Below, in pieces: positions 1-13,181 of a DNA stretch of 64,000 bases. How positions within the stretch are numbered: the stretch's first letter is position 1; the number at the start of each line of letters is the position of its first letter. Source of the DNA: Cirrosporium novae-zelandiae (lineage: Eukaryota); the NCBI GenBank assembly GCA_026023565.1, contig JAPETS010000001.1, positions 186,001 through 250,000 of the forward strand. Reading direction: 5' to 3'. Below the pieces are notes generated by a model. That model saw only the letters and a program-made list of their open reading frames with translations. It did not search any database and was not told the DNA's origin. Position numbers and translations under genes: made by a program.

Positions 1-297
1 CAAGACAGCAAAACACATACATGACATATAACGTAAATGCAATCGTCTATTTTATTCCAAGTATCTATACTTTGCAGTTTTCATCTAATTATTATCTAAA
101 TTCTCCAAATCATTCATCCAAGAACTTTTAATATATCACATGTATGTAGTCATCATTTGCATCATCGTCATTCATCATTGCTTCATTGTTTCCATATGTT
201 CCAATTTGTCTCTCTTGCTCTCTAGCTCAGTCTGTCCCCACGACTCTCCGGACATTGACTCCAGGCCCTTCTCGACGTCTTCCTTTCCAGGTCATCT

Positions 298-1724
298 TTA
301 CTTTCCTGTTTTTCCCATGTTAAAAACAGGTACTCCGAATTTCCACACTTGGTCCACCACCAACCTCTTTCCCTGGCTCCTCGTATCGTCTAGTACAACT
401 AGATCTGCATCGGCTCCTTCAATCAAACTCCCCTTTGTATTCCCTAGTTTCAACATCTTTGCCGGTGTGGTTGTTACTGCTCCAATTGCTTCTGCAATAT
501 CACAATTCGTCCATTCCAGCAGATTGTTTACGCAGTCCATAAGTGTCACGGCACTACCTGCAATCCCACCAGTCCGTTCAAGGATAAGATGTGTGCCTTT
601 CTTTGTGACAAATTCGCCATTTGTCCAGGGGTAGTATCCATCGTCCAGCCCTGCATACATCATCGCATCCGTCACAAGAATCATTCCTTCAGGTCTCATC
701 GCATGCGCCATCCGAACAGCAACAGGATGATTATGAATTCCGTCAGCGATGATTCCGAAATAGGGACGCTTGGAAATCTCATCGAGGTTTAGAGTGCCGA
801 TTATCCCTGGTTCACGATGTGCAAAGGGACGCATGGCGTTGAAGAGGTGGGTTACCATCGTTGCACCAGATTTGAGGGCAATTGTAGCCTCAGAAAGGGT
901 AGCGTCTGAGTGACCAATTGAGAAGACTATATTGGAAGACGTGAGGCGTGGGATTAGCTCGGCGATTGTACCGACTTCGGGAGCGGCCGTCATCATTTTG
1001 ATAGCAGGAATAGAAGGAGAGTTGGAGATCTCCGAAACATTGGAAGAATTGGGAGTCTGAGGCTCAGAGACATTAGATGAGCGAGCTGAATTGGACGAAG
1101 AACCCCAGAGGTTCGTGGCGCCGTATCGGTCTTCTAGATCGGATATGCCATTTGAAACGGCAGTCAAGACACCACTACAGTGAATTCCATTGCGTTTGGG
1201 ACTGATAAAAGGGCCTTCAACATGAGCGCCGAGAGATTCAGTGCCATCATGAGGATTTCGAGTGGAGCCAGATGGTACCAATGAAGGGAGGATCTTGGAA
1301 TATTAACCACCACAGAGCAACTAAGAAGTACCGATCAACAAACCTTGTGATACACATCTGCCGCTTGACTCGTCATCGTGGGGAGAAATGATGTGACTCC
1401 AGTTTTGATAAGTGACTGACTGATTCTGCGAAGACCAACATCAAACTCCTTCTTGGTGGCCGCTGGAATAGAGAAGTCGACGCCCTGCCAGCCATTGATT
1501 TGGACGTCTATGAATCCTGGAGCAAGAATTTTTCCGTGAAGGTTAACTGTGCGATGCTTTTGGAGTAGACGATCAACAATATTTGGTGTATCTATGATCT
1601 TGCCACTCTTAGAATCAATCCAAAGATCACCATTGACAAGCTCGCTGCCTCGAACAAGACGACAGTTTGTAAGGTGAACAAGGTAGGGCTTAGTGGCAAC
1701 CTCGGTGTCTACCGGAATAGCCAT
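298..1724 (-). CDS. dac1: N-acetylglucosamine-6-phosphate deacetylase (NagA/Dac1), 2 exons (1724-1344, 1293-298), ~458 aa
   Basis: NagA motifs PGFIDVQING, GVTSFLPT, HVEGPF, GHS, THLFNAM, IADGIH, LVTDAM, GADADLVVLD. A GT-AG intron at 1343-1294 joins the two ORFs in frame (YHK|ILPSLVP). Confidence 0.95.
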
Positions 1725-2955
1725 ATCGTTGGGATTAGGGGTGGCAAGTTAAAAGATTTTCTAAGGTACAGAATAAAATCTGACGAATTAAACAGATCAA
1801 GGAAATTTTGATAGTTCTCTAGGATATCAAGAATCTTGTACAGAGTATTCAAAGAATATACGGTAAGGACTGAATGAATGAACAAAGGAAAGAAGACGAA
1901 AGTCTAAGGCTGAGGGGAGTCAGTATAGATATGGTTGGTGAGTGCCGTTGAACGTGATGAATCTAGACTTTCCCATAGGTGAAGGTTAGTTTGTGCGGAA
2001 AAAGCCCGATATGATAGAGGCATGACGAATCCTAATCAGAATTTGGTAAGATTATGTCAGGTTGATGTTGATCACAGGGAAAATCAGATAATTCTGATCA
2101 TGAGTACTGGATGTGATTTGATTACTGGAGATGGTATTCGATGTAGATACTACTGTACTTTGGGCTACGTGAGCATTGGAGACATTGATTGATAAGGTTG
2201 ATAAGGGATAGCCGACGTCGCTGTAAAGTTGAAGCATAGATAAAGAAAAAGAGCTTAGTCTTGGCTATGAAAGGGGAAAAAAAGGAAAAAAGGACGACTA
2301 TGATGGTGGATGTATATTTGATGGATTGATGGATTGATGAGACGTTGGGGTTGTGGAGGTTAGAAAAAGGTGTCACGGTTGTAAGCGCCCTCGGTAAACC
2401 AACCAACCACAACTCCTGAAGATTTCAGCATATTGAATGCCTTGTATCTGATGCAACATCATGCAACGTTTTCTTCCTTGATTGATATCAACGTGGTAAA
2501 AGGAATCATCGGATGCTACGGAACCCTCAAAACCGGTAAGAGGGTCCTTGTGAACTTTTAACAAAACTGCCCAAAGCTTCCCTCTATTAGCCCTCCCATC
2601 CAATCTTTGTCGTATTTATCCCTATTTCCCGGAGTAGTAACAAGCTCTGCGAAACTCACTGCAACGTTCCATCTCTTCCCCACACTCCACGAATCTAAAG
2701 AATCAGGCTGAATGCTGACAATCTTCAAGGGTTCTGATGACCAGGTAGACTACCAGGAGAGCCTCTGCGGGGTTCCGGAATACGTTATCTGATTTTCCTG
2801 TCAATTGAAACCCCATCGTTTTGAAGGTTCAAAGGTAGCGTGGTATCGAACCCTTCCAAAACCTTGACCCAACCAACCGACCTTGCCAGATCAGTGTCAC
2901 TTCCACAGATGCCCACGACTCAACCTTGGTACATTAGACCAGTAACGTCTGCAAT

Positions 2956-5900
2956 ATGGAAATTCAGCAGGATGATGAGGACATGGCCCCCATCTGGGAT
3001 GATATGGACCGGTATGGATCATACCATGACTGACATTCATCAACTGCAAATCCCTTGTACTAATCACGTGCCCTTGTAGTTGCTTTGGTCAACTTTTCAT
3101 GGTTGGCTTCGAAGGAACTGAGGTCACCCCGCAAATTCGCCAGTTGATAGAGGAACAATATATCGGTTGCATCCTCTTGACTGCTAAAAACCTCCAATGT
3201 GCATTTACCCTTTCTCCATGCGATGGAAATCAGTAACAACTAATTGTCGTAATAGCCGCAGAGCAGACCACTCAGTTGGTCCTAAACCTGCAAAAAATTG
3301 CACATGATGCAGGACATCCCGTTCCCTTGGCAATTGCACTTGACCAGGAGAATGGTGGTGTCAATAGCCTCTTCGATGAGATCTACATTCGCCAATTCCC
3401 AAGTGCCATGGGTCTTGCCGCCACGGGTGATGAAAAGCTAGCAAGAGATACCTCCAAAGCGACTGCTCAAGAGCTTGCTTCTCTTGGTGTGAACTGGATC
3501 TTAGGTCCTGTTTTAGATGTACTCACTAATGTTCGAAACCAGGGCTTGGGGGTTCGTACGTTTGGGGATGATCCGCAAGAAGTATCCAAGTTTGCCGTCA
3601 ACTCCATGCGAGGCTACAAGGAAGCTGGAGTTATCACATGCGGAAAGCATTTTCCTTCGTACGGAAATTTGGAATTTCTCGGTTCACCACAGGATGTGCC
3701 GACAATTACAGACTCTCTGGAGCAACTGAGTCTAAGTGCTCTTGTTCCATTCCGCGCTGCTATTTCAGAAGGCTTGGATGCTATGATGGTTGGCGGATGT
3801 GCCATGTCTTCGTCAACAATGAATGTTATGCATGCTTGCCTATCAAAACAGGTGGTCGATGAGTTGCTCCGCGAGGATCTCAAGTTCGATGGTGTCGTCG
3901 TATCTGAATGCTTAGAGATGGAAGCATTGACCCATAATATTGGGGTTGGCGGTGGTACGGTCATGGCAGTTCAGGCAGGGTGTGATATCATTCTCCTCTG
4001 TCGGTCATTCCATGTTCAACAAGAGGCCATCAACGGATTGAAAATCGGTGTCGAAGGAGGCGATATCTCCAGAGCTCGGATACGCAAGTCACTCAGAAGG
4101 GTTCTTGAAATTAAGTCTAGATGCACATCCTGGGAAAGGGCACTGAACCCCCCAGGCGTAGACTACCTATCTACTCTCCAACCATCACACACCAGCCTTT
4201 CTACCAAAGCCTACAGGACCTCTATCACGGTAGTACGAGACCGAAACCACCTCCTACCATTATCCAGTCTTATTGAACCCGATGAAGAACTTTTACTTCT
4301 CTCTCCTCTTGTTAAACCTCTACCGGCGTCGGCTGCATATTCAGTAGCCAGCGAGTATCAAGTACCATCTCCAGAACCGACACATTGGGAACGAACTTCT
4401 TCGGTCATGAGTGGGGAAAACGTCTTTCGCGAACTAGGTAGATCTCTCGCTCGCCAAAGGAGTGGAAGGGTTCTCCACACTTCATATACAGCCAATGGTG
4501 TACGGCCTGTACACGAAAAGCTAATTGATAGGGCCAGCGCCATTATCGTCATCACCGCTGACGCAAACAGAAACCTCTACCAAAGCGGTTTCACCAAACA
4601 TGTTTCAATGATCTGCAACATGCAATCGTCCGTTTCAGGCGAAAAGCGAGAAAAGCCTCTTATCGTTGTTGCAGTCTCTTCTCCCTATGATTTTGCCCTC
4701 GATCCCAAAATTGGTACCTACGTATGTACCTACGATTTTACCGAAACCGCCCTCCAAGCCCTGGTCAAAGTCCTCTACGGCGAGCTGTCTCCTAGTGGCG
4801 CCCTACCTGGCACAATATCACAATCCCAACGCCTCCACCAATCCCGACAGCACTGGCTAGTTGAAAATTGGAATGAAGAAAGGGACTCCCTCGGCTTAGA
4901 TGCACTTGTGAAAGCCGTACGCGACGAAACACCACCATCTCAACGCAGCGAGCTTGCTTCTGTCTCTTCCACCACTTTCCTCCTACACAATGATGCGGTT
5001 GATGAAGCGCACTTTGTCGTTCGCAATAGCAGCACACAGGCCCTATATGGCTTCTGCTCAACCTACTTCTTTAAACCCATTGGTGTAGGCGTTATCGGTT
5101 GTGTGATTGTCGATCCCACAAGGAGAAAACTAAGCATAGGTCACTCCCTCCATAATCGTGCCATCCGCACACTTCTTCAACGCCCTGGAATCCGTCGTTT
5201 CCAACTAGGCTCCCGCCTCCCAGGCATATACCTTGGGATCCCTAGTGGCACGACGATCGAACGTAAGCGTCTTCGCCAATGGTTTGCAAATATGGGCTGG
5301 AACACTGCGCTGTCACGCCCTGTCTCCAGCATGGTGATCCGCAACCTCCCCACATGGAACCCACCCGAGGGTCTTGGCAAATCTCTTGAACGCGATGTCA
5401 GTTTTGATCTTGTATTTGGATGGGAGTATGCAGATCATGTGCTCGATCACATCAAAACGAATACCCGACAAGGAATTGGCGAGATCTATCGAATGGCATT
5501 GACAGATCCAGTAGGTTGCGGGATTATTCGCGCCAAACGACCCGATGATGGCGCCATTCTTGGCACTGTCGTAGTCTATAAAGGCGACTCAAATCTCGCA
5601 GAGTTCATGCCAGGGCTAAAGGAGACGAATGAGGTGGCGGGCGGAATTTCATCTCCCGTCATTTCTCCTTCGGTCGGGGAGTACTCTACTTTACTACAGG
5701 GACTCATTCTCCTCGGAATCCGCCAGATTAAGAAACAGGGTGCCAATTCCGTTGTTCTCGACTGCGTAAGTTTAATACCTTTCCTTCCTTTCCAGACCTC
5801 TTCAACATCCAAGAATCCAAAATAATTTGCAAACAAACCCCGACCTCATCTAATAATTTTTATCGACGGAACATGAGACTAACATCCCCTCCCATTTCCA

Positions 5901-6024
5901 ACAGATTGATGGCGACGGCAACTTTGACTCTCTTTCCGCAATGGGTTTCAGCATTCTCCACAGCTTTGAAGAAATATCCTGCGATGCTGCGACATGGACG
6001 GAGATGGCGTTAAATCCTCTATAG
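2956..6024 (+). CDS. ngs1: GH3 beta-N-acetylglucosaminidase-like protein with C-terminal GNAT domains (Ngs1/Nag3-type GlcNAc sensor), exons 2956-3011, 3080-3198, 3256-5765, 5905-6024, ~934 aa
   Basis: GQLFMVGFEG, DQENGGV, PVLDV, RTFGDDP and GKHFP GH3 motifs; GNAT-like region (GVIGCVIVDPTRRKLSIG). Three GT-AG introns keep frame. Divergent from dac1. Confidence 0.9.
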
Positions 6025-6874
6025 TAGGTTCTAGTGACCACGAGCAATTGATTGAAGTGGTGCAAGGCTTAAGGTCAAGCATCATGAAATATAATTTTCC
6101 GGGTCCCGATTTTGACGGCGTTCTCTTGAAAGATCGGTTAGGGACGGATGCCCAGGAATGACTTAATGTGAATGGATGGTTTTCGGTGCAAGAGGGAAGT
6201 TAAGTCAGAGACGGATGAAAAGGGCTGCTGCATAGGAAATATCGTTTTATATTATATTATTTAAATACCCATGGTGGTCCTGGATGGGATGGATGGGATA
6301 AGAAATATTTTACTTTTTTTGTTTGAGAAAATTTCATGTATTTTTTTTCTATCTCTGGATATTTACTTTGTTTTGCATGTATGATGGATGGGATATTAGT
6401 TGGGAGAATGGGTAAGTAGGTAGTTAAGGAATGAGGTATGTGATTAATGTATGCATTTTCGGGTTTATGTGTTTTATGAAATATAAACAGTGCAGCGCGC
6501 AGAATGAGCTACTACGTAAGTTGCGATAGTAGCACATGGGTTTTATACAACTCAGGTAAGTAAAGTTATTGAAACATACGGGTAGGTCGAGTGTTTGAAG
6601 GTGGTACTGTAACGTTATTATTTACCGACCATCTATCTATTAATCAATTAAATTCCTAACAAGTAATAAAAAAAAAGGTCACATCAACCACCAAGTAAAC
6701 GAATATCAAATGCCTTAGGCATCAATAACTAGAAGAAAAGTACCTTGAAAGCCATCCCATCTCATCGCTCAATTAATTACTCAATTAATCAATCAATCAA
6801 TCCACCATCAGTATCCAGAAACAAACGAACGAACAACCAAAACAATCAATCCCTCGATCAATCTATCCATCCAA

Positions 6875-7562
6875 ATGTCCAACAACCAAACCCAACCCCA
6901 AAACGACCCCACCTCCGCACCCCACCAACAACCACAACCACAACCATCAGAACAAAAAATGCGTTTCCCCCTCTCCTCCACCCCCCTAAAATTCGCCTCC
7001 CACACAATAACATCCCAAGCAAGTCTCTCCCCCCCCCCCCCCCCATTTTCCCCTTCCCCTTTCCCCCCCACTAACCCTTTATCCACAGGTCTTCCACCTC
7101 ACCCCCCACACCCTCTCATTCACAAACATCCGCCCCCTCCTCCCAGGGCACATCCTCGTAACCCCCCGCCGCCCCGCCCCGCGCCTCCGAGACCTCACCC
7201 CCGCCGAACTCGGCGACCTCCTCCAAACCTGCGCCCTCCTCACAAAAACTCTCGAGAGGGTTTATGCGGCCACGGCTTGTAATGTTGCGTTTCAGGATGG
7301 GGAGGCCGCGGGACAGACGGTCGGGGTTGTGCATGCGCATGTTATCCCGAGGAGGAGGGGGGATTTTGGGGGACAAGGGGATCGGGTTTATGAGTTGTTG
7401 GAGGAGGGACAGGGGGGAGAGGGGATGGGGATGGGGGGGAAGGAGGGGGAGAGGGGAAGGATTGATGATGAGGGGAGGAGGGATCGGAGTTTGCGGGAGA
7501 TGAGTGAGGAGGCGGAGATGTTGGCGAGAGAAGTGGAAAGGGATTTGAGGGGGGAGGTTTGA
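6875..7562 (+). CDS. hnt2: Fhit/Hnt2-like HIT-family dinucleoside triphosphate hydrolase, exons 6875-7018, 7089-7562
   Basis: Spliced product contains NIRPLLPGHILVTPRR, QDGEAAGQTVGVVHAHVIPRRRGDF and RSLREMSEEA, all Fhit-like. The intron 7019-7088 is GC-AG (GCAAGT...CACTAAC...CAG). The start codon is uncertain. Confidence 0.85.
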
Positions 7563-7643
7563 ATGGGGGTGGGGGGGTTATGATGACGTGAACATGAATA
7601 TAATTATAAATATAAACCCATCTTCCATATCTACATACATACA

Positions 7644-7674
<31 letters not shown>

Positions 7675-10600
7675 TTAGAGAGGTAGAAGTTTAGAGATCG
7701 GAAGCTCCGAAGAATAAATAAGTAAGTAAATTATAGATTTTCATATTTTTAATTTTATTTTATTTTTGTCGTAAACACACATAAGACAACCAAGATCTTA
7801 TCCGATCCAATCCAATAAAACATCTTGATTTGTTTCCTTCTTAGGTACCCAAGTAATTAATTCCCTCAAGGAAGAAGAAGAAAAAAATATAAATCAGAAA
7901 CTCTAAAAGTTTGAAAGAAAATATAAAAGTACGTATAATAATCTAATGTCCTACTCTTGGTATCTCTCTTTTCGCTTTGCTTCTCTTTTCTTTTGGTATT
8001 CCTAGTGATCTAGCTTAAAGGGGGAGAGGAGAAGGGGAAAAAGAAAGGAAGAAAAAATAAATAGACGTTTAGGATTTTTTTTTGATTTTCTTATGTGGAG
8101 GGGGGATATTCTTGGAATCTTGGAATCGTGTATGGGTTAAAGTCAAAGGGTTGGTGTTGGTGTTGGTGTTTGTAGATATGGATAGGATGTGGTGAGGGAT
8201 GGGTGTTATATCTACCTAGATAACTACTATTATCAGTATCAGCAGCATCTACATCAACATATAGACGAATGCTGAATCTACTCTACCTTACGCTAGTAAA
8301 TTGACCATATCTTCGAAGTCCCGTTTAGATTTTGGTTCTTTTTGTTTGCATTTCTTGAAGTTAGTGTCGGATTGCCATAAATACCAGGTTTGGGTTCAAT
8401 TCTTAAGAGCGCTAGCGATTAGTCACACGGGTATCAGTGTTCTTCTATTAGGTAGTTGGTCGGTTGGAGTATTAGTGTGGTTGCTTTTTTGAATGAAGGG
8501 TGCGGGCTTGGTGTGCTTGGTGTATTGCTCTTTGGATGAGGAGGAGAGGGCTTTGCGGTCTCGACCTCGCTTCTCCTCCTCTTTGTTGCCAGAGACGTTA
8601 GAGAAGAAGTATGCATATTTCTTCATTTCTCCAAAACGCCTTCTCATCTCCTTTTTATCCCTATGATTATTTTTTCTTGCTATTGTTGCTGCTGCTACTG
8701 TTGTTGTTGTTATTGTTGTTGTCGGAGTCGTTGAGTCGGAGTCGGAGTCGGAGTCGGAATCGGAATCGGAAGAGAAAGATATATATGCTACCCCCGGAAA
8801 TAAGAATAAGAGACATCATCCGAACGAACATACTCGAGGCAAGTCATCATGTCGGCAACCGATTAATTATCCTTAAATATGAAAACACGGTTTTGGATAT
8901 GCAGATGACCTAGATCATGTCTTTTTCTGAATAACGGGAATGAACGGAGATGGGGGAAGAACATGGGAACGATGATAAGTGTTTTGGAAGTCGTGCAGAA
9001 AGAGGATGTGAGACATTTGAGGCGCTGTGGTTTAAGGCCAAGAAGTCGAGGCTGCCCGTTCCGATCGCTGATTGTCTCATGTGGTTTATCGCGTTTGGTA
9101 TTTTTTTGTTAATCGAGTTGTAAGATAATGTACCTGGCCTCATGACGATTGCTGCTGCTGCTGTTATTACGCCACCTCCACCATATGAGATGTTTCTACA
9201 TGACTGAACAGATGGAGTACTATATATCATGATAACCTTTCGAATTTCACTGACATGTTTTACTGTTGGTAACCGTCGAAGTACTTGCATAGATGGATAT
9301 TTTTGAGTACATTGCATGATAATAGAGAGAGAGAAAAAAAATCAGAAATGAGTGGATGAGCAAGAAAGATGAGAGAGATTGTAGAAAAATGAGTGATGGA
9401 GATGAAGTCATAGTCAGATTACCCGCCGCCCTAGTTATGTATGTGATATATTGATTGATACATATAGGTAGAAAAGTGATGGATAGTTTCTCGGATAGAT
9501 TGACCAGATCGAGACTTGGGATTATTTGTTATTAGGGAGATCATGGTGATTATTCGGTAGTGCTTTTGAAGTTTGTTTGTCCTGCTAATTGGTGGAGATG
9601 TAATTGATGATGATGTGAGATATAGAATTGACGCTTGTATGAATTATGTGGGCTATCATCTGGATAGATGGATGGATGGTTCTCTCGCCATATCCAAGAG
9701 GCATTATTTATCGATATTGTGTATTGACTATGGTGTATAAAGTAGGAAGGATTGTGCAAGATAGTCAACTAGGTCGTCAGCTAATCGGCTGTGTGTGTGT
9801 GCGTGTGCTCGCGTGTGTGTACCAGCTTCAAACTAACCAACCAACATCAAAATAAAAAGCATAGCCAATATCAGAAAACAAGCATTGTGGCGTTGCAAGT
9901 TGACTACTACCCATAGTTTCAGTCCTCTAGAAGCTTCTCATTCGTCAAACATTCAAGGAGGAGGCGGTCTTGCGTGGACTGGCATGGATTAACTAGCAAT
10001 TGTGCCATTCTATTTGTTCCATCCATCTTCATATAGGGTTTTTGTTCTCACATCCCGGTGGAGTAAAATCCTTGTCTAGGGAATTAAAATATTGAGATAT
10101 CGGTAGGGTGTTTTTTTTTTACATATTATTGGGTATGTTGGAATCGGAGCTTTCTGGAAAAGAAAAGAAGAGCTGACGTCTGGTGAGGATTGTCGTCGTC
10201 AGCAAGGATAGGATTTGGGTGGAGATGGATTTCTAATTCCGGTAGGACAGTTTACGTGGAAAACACATAGATATCCTACTAAGCAGATATTATCGTGAAG
10301 TTGTGCGCTGGTTGTTTTATTTTTTTTTCTTGGCAAAATTTTTTATAGTACCGTATGTATGTATCTTGATAATATTTTCCTTTTGTCTTGGATTTGAGAT
10401 GCTTTGTAGAGTACCTCTCTAAGAGTGTAAGGGGGTCCAGGGCTATTTGGGGGCTTTGTTCGGGGGTCCCGGCACAACATCCGTTCCTCCAAGAAAATCT
10501 TTCTGGGGCCGTTAACCCAATGACTGGACGAAGAATTCCTGTCCATTACCTTTTCCAACCCAACCCATTATGAGTTGAAGTCTATTTCACAATTGAAAAA

Positions 10601-10790
10601 AGAAAAAAAAAAAAAAGAAAAAAAAGAGTTATGACCCTCTCCCTAACTCGAAACCCGCCGGCCCCTTGATTCCGAAATGGTTAAAGAGAATTGTGGAACA
10701 GCGTGGCAAGTCCTTGATTACACTTTGGTTCCTTGGTATTATAGAACTTGTAATGTAAAGTATCACCGTAAGCGAGCTGGGTATAGTTTG

Positions 10791-10884
10791 TATATCTTGC
10801 GTATCTTTGGTATCTTGTATCTTTGGTATCTTGTATCTTTGGTATCTTGTATCTTTGTATCTTGTATCTTTGTATCTTGTGTAT
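10791..10884. repeat. Degenerate tandem repeat of TATCTT(T)G(G) units
   Basis: About a dozen consecutive 7-9 bp units are visible directly. Confidence 0.85.
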
Positions 10885-13103
10885 CTAACGTTCCAAATGT
10901 CCAACGCCCAATGTTCAAAGTCTGAAAAAGGTCTTACTTGGCATCATCTCCATTACAAAATCTTGCCACCTGTTAACTAATTGATCCACTCTAGACTTAC
11001 AGCTGAAACAATAGAAAACATTTGCTAAACTTGGGCGAGATTTCGAATATTGTGAGATTGTTCCTGCATCCGTCTGACTAAAAAACTATAGGTTTTTTTT
11101 TTACCGTCTCACATTTCTTCACTCGGTCGCTGCAGGGCTGTACCAAGAAAAAATTCCCCGACTGGAGGTTTGGATATACTTTATCTACTCCTCTCCCTAT
11201 TTGTGCCTTGCGGCTGTTCTTTTTCACCTTTGCAGCTTCTGAAACTGTAAGATCTGTAAATGGTGTTGCTTTTTGATCCTTCGTGGTTGGTTCTGCTGGC
11301 CTGTATTGGATTTGTCAATTTTCCAAACGCCTTCAAAGCCTCTTTCGAGCATATCCGGATGGTTGGTTCCCAAGAACCAAGGTACCTAGGTAATTCACTA
11401 ATGAATTTGATCAAAGGATATCTCTGCACCACATACAAAGTATTAGATTTAGAATCATAATAATCTAATTTCAGCTATAGACTTCTCCAGTCATTCAAGG
11501 ATACCAGGATTCAAAGAAATGTCAATAATTTCTCTTTGGGCCAAGGGAAAGGAATTAAGGTTGTTAATGGACTTTAGCTAATTTCAATCTTTAAAATTTT
11601 TGAAGGAGAAAAGAAAAAGGACCTCCCTACTCCTTCTGGAAATTTCACACGAGCCACTAATCAATAACCTCTTAGGGTTCGTTCCACACTTGTATTCTTT
11701 CCATCATATCTTATCCTATTGATGGAAAGAAAGATAGAAGGGAGAGAGCAGGAGAGAAGGAGAGATTCACATGGATTGAATGGCATCTAACAAGGTAATT
11801 AGCTAACCTCGTATTCCCTTCGTGTCTGGTAAATTGTTCAAGGCTTTCAAGGTCTAAGTTTGGAAACTAGAATTTACGTTTAGAAAGATATCTAATCATT
11901 GGTGTTGCTGCAATGTGCAATGTCCCATTGTGGACTATTCATGTAAAAGACTAGACTAATAATAAAAAAGATGGATAGGTGAAGCTGATGATATGAGATA
12001 AATTAAGTAATTACGAAATGTATATAACAATGACAGTAACAATGACAGTAAAGATGATGATGGTGATGATGATGATAATGGATGGAGGTTGTAGGTATAT
12101 GGTTATGGTTATGATGGTAGGTGAATAAAAGGGAGGCCATCGACCTAAAGCAGCAAACGAGGCATAAATGGGTCATTTCATTCTAAGCGAAAACTGGTGA
12201 TAGCTGCCAATAGCCGTCCACTCTTCTCCTTCAGCTTGATTTTCTAGCTTCGGTCTAGCCAGCTAAAAGTCCCCCAAGGCCCAAGGGTTACCAGGTAACT
12301 CCCCGGTATCAAATGTGCAACCTCAAGAGATGATTTATGGATTTCTGTTGGAGAGCCTCTTGATAACACTGCCTCTTCTGGATGTTGGTGGGTGATTATA
12401 TTGATTGATGATGACTACTGCTAATTATCAGATCTCTGTGGCTTATTAGATTCATGGTTGATGGCGTGCAGCTCTCTTTTATTTTCTTTTTCTCGATAAA
12501 CGCCTCCAACAAATAGCTACTACCAAGTACGGGATTGGATATGATTCGAAATCCTCGGTTTAATAATGGTCATCTTCAAGTTCATCTCACAACTTAAGAC
12601 TTTTTCCCCGTCGTGGATCTTTTAATGCCGTCAGAAGCGTCCTTTTACCTATTTGGACTGGATACATGACCGAATCGTGGCTGACCTGCTCCAACGGCGG
12701 TCAGTTCGAGAAGGTGATCATCATTCATTCATTCAAACCAAAGAAAGTTATCAAGTAGGTTATCTCATCTCACATTTGACAGCTCTTTGCCTGAGACTGT
12801 TTCATCCAAGGAAAGTTCGAATGGGATAAATGGAATATCTAGATATCCATTGGATTGGAAGGAATTATGCATGACTGTCAAATCTGTTTGCTTGCTTGCA
12901 TTGATAATTAATGTTTACAGTAAGTTGGCATCCGGAGATGCAGCATGTGTCTATCTGTCCGTCTGTCTGTCTTGCTCTGATGTGTGTCCCGTGCAGGTCT
13001 CGCACCCAGCCGATGGGAAAAGAAGAGAATGGGAGAATACAAAGTACATAATAATACATAATAGTATCTAATAGGAATACGAGGTTTAAGAGGAAGCAGA
13101 AGT

Positions 13104-13181
13104 CAGCAGGGTTCAGCAGGGTGCAGCAGGGTTCAGCAGGGTGCAGCAGGGTTCAGCAGGGTTCAGCAGGGCTCAGCAGGT
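13104..13181. repeat. 10-bp minisatellite CAGCAGGGT(T/G), ~8 copies
   Basis: Direct tandem copies in the sequence. Confidence 0.9.

Noticed and set aside
1725..2955. Ndt80/MSE (CRCAAA) sites in GlcNAc gene promoters
   Set aside because: I noticed only one match here (TTTGTG at 1990-1995) and no enrichment in the ngt1/dam1 promoter, which is chance level.
8290..9317. Short minus-strand ORFs with some protein-like stretches
   Set aside because: Multiple stops in all frames, microsatellite-derived content, and no coherent splice model or recognisable domain.
10630..10740. tRNA-like look on the minus strand next to a long poly-A/T run
   Set aside because: No consistent cloverleaf; the T-arm is unpaired.
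13104..13181. Short regular repeats as a possible CRISPR array
   Set aside because: Eukaryotic DNA, 10-bp units with no spacers; a simple minisatellite.
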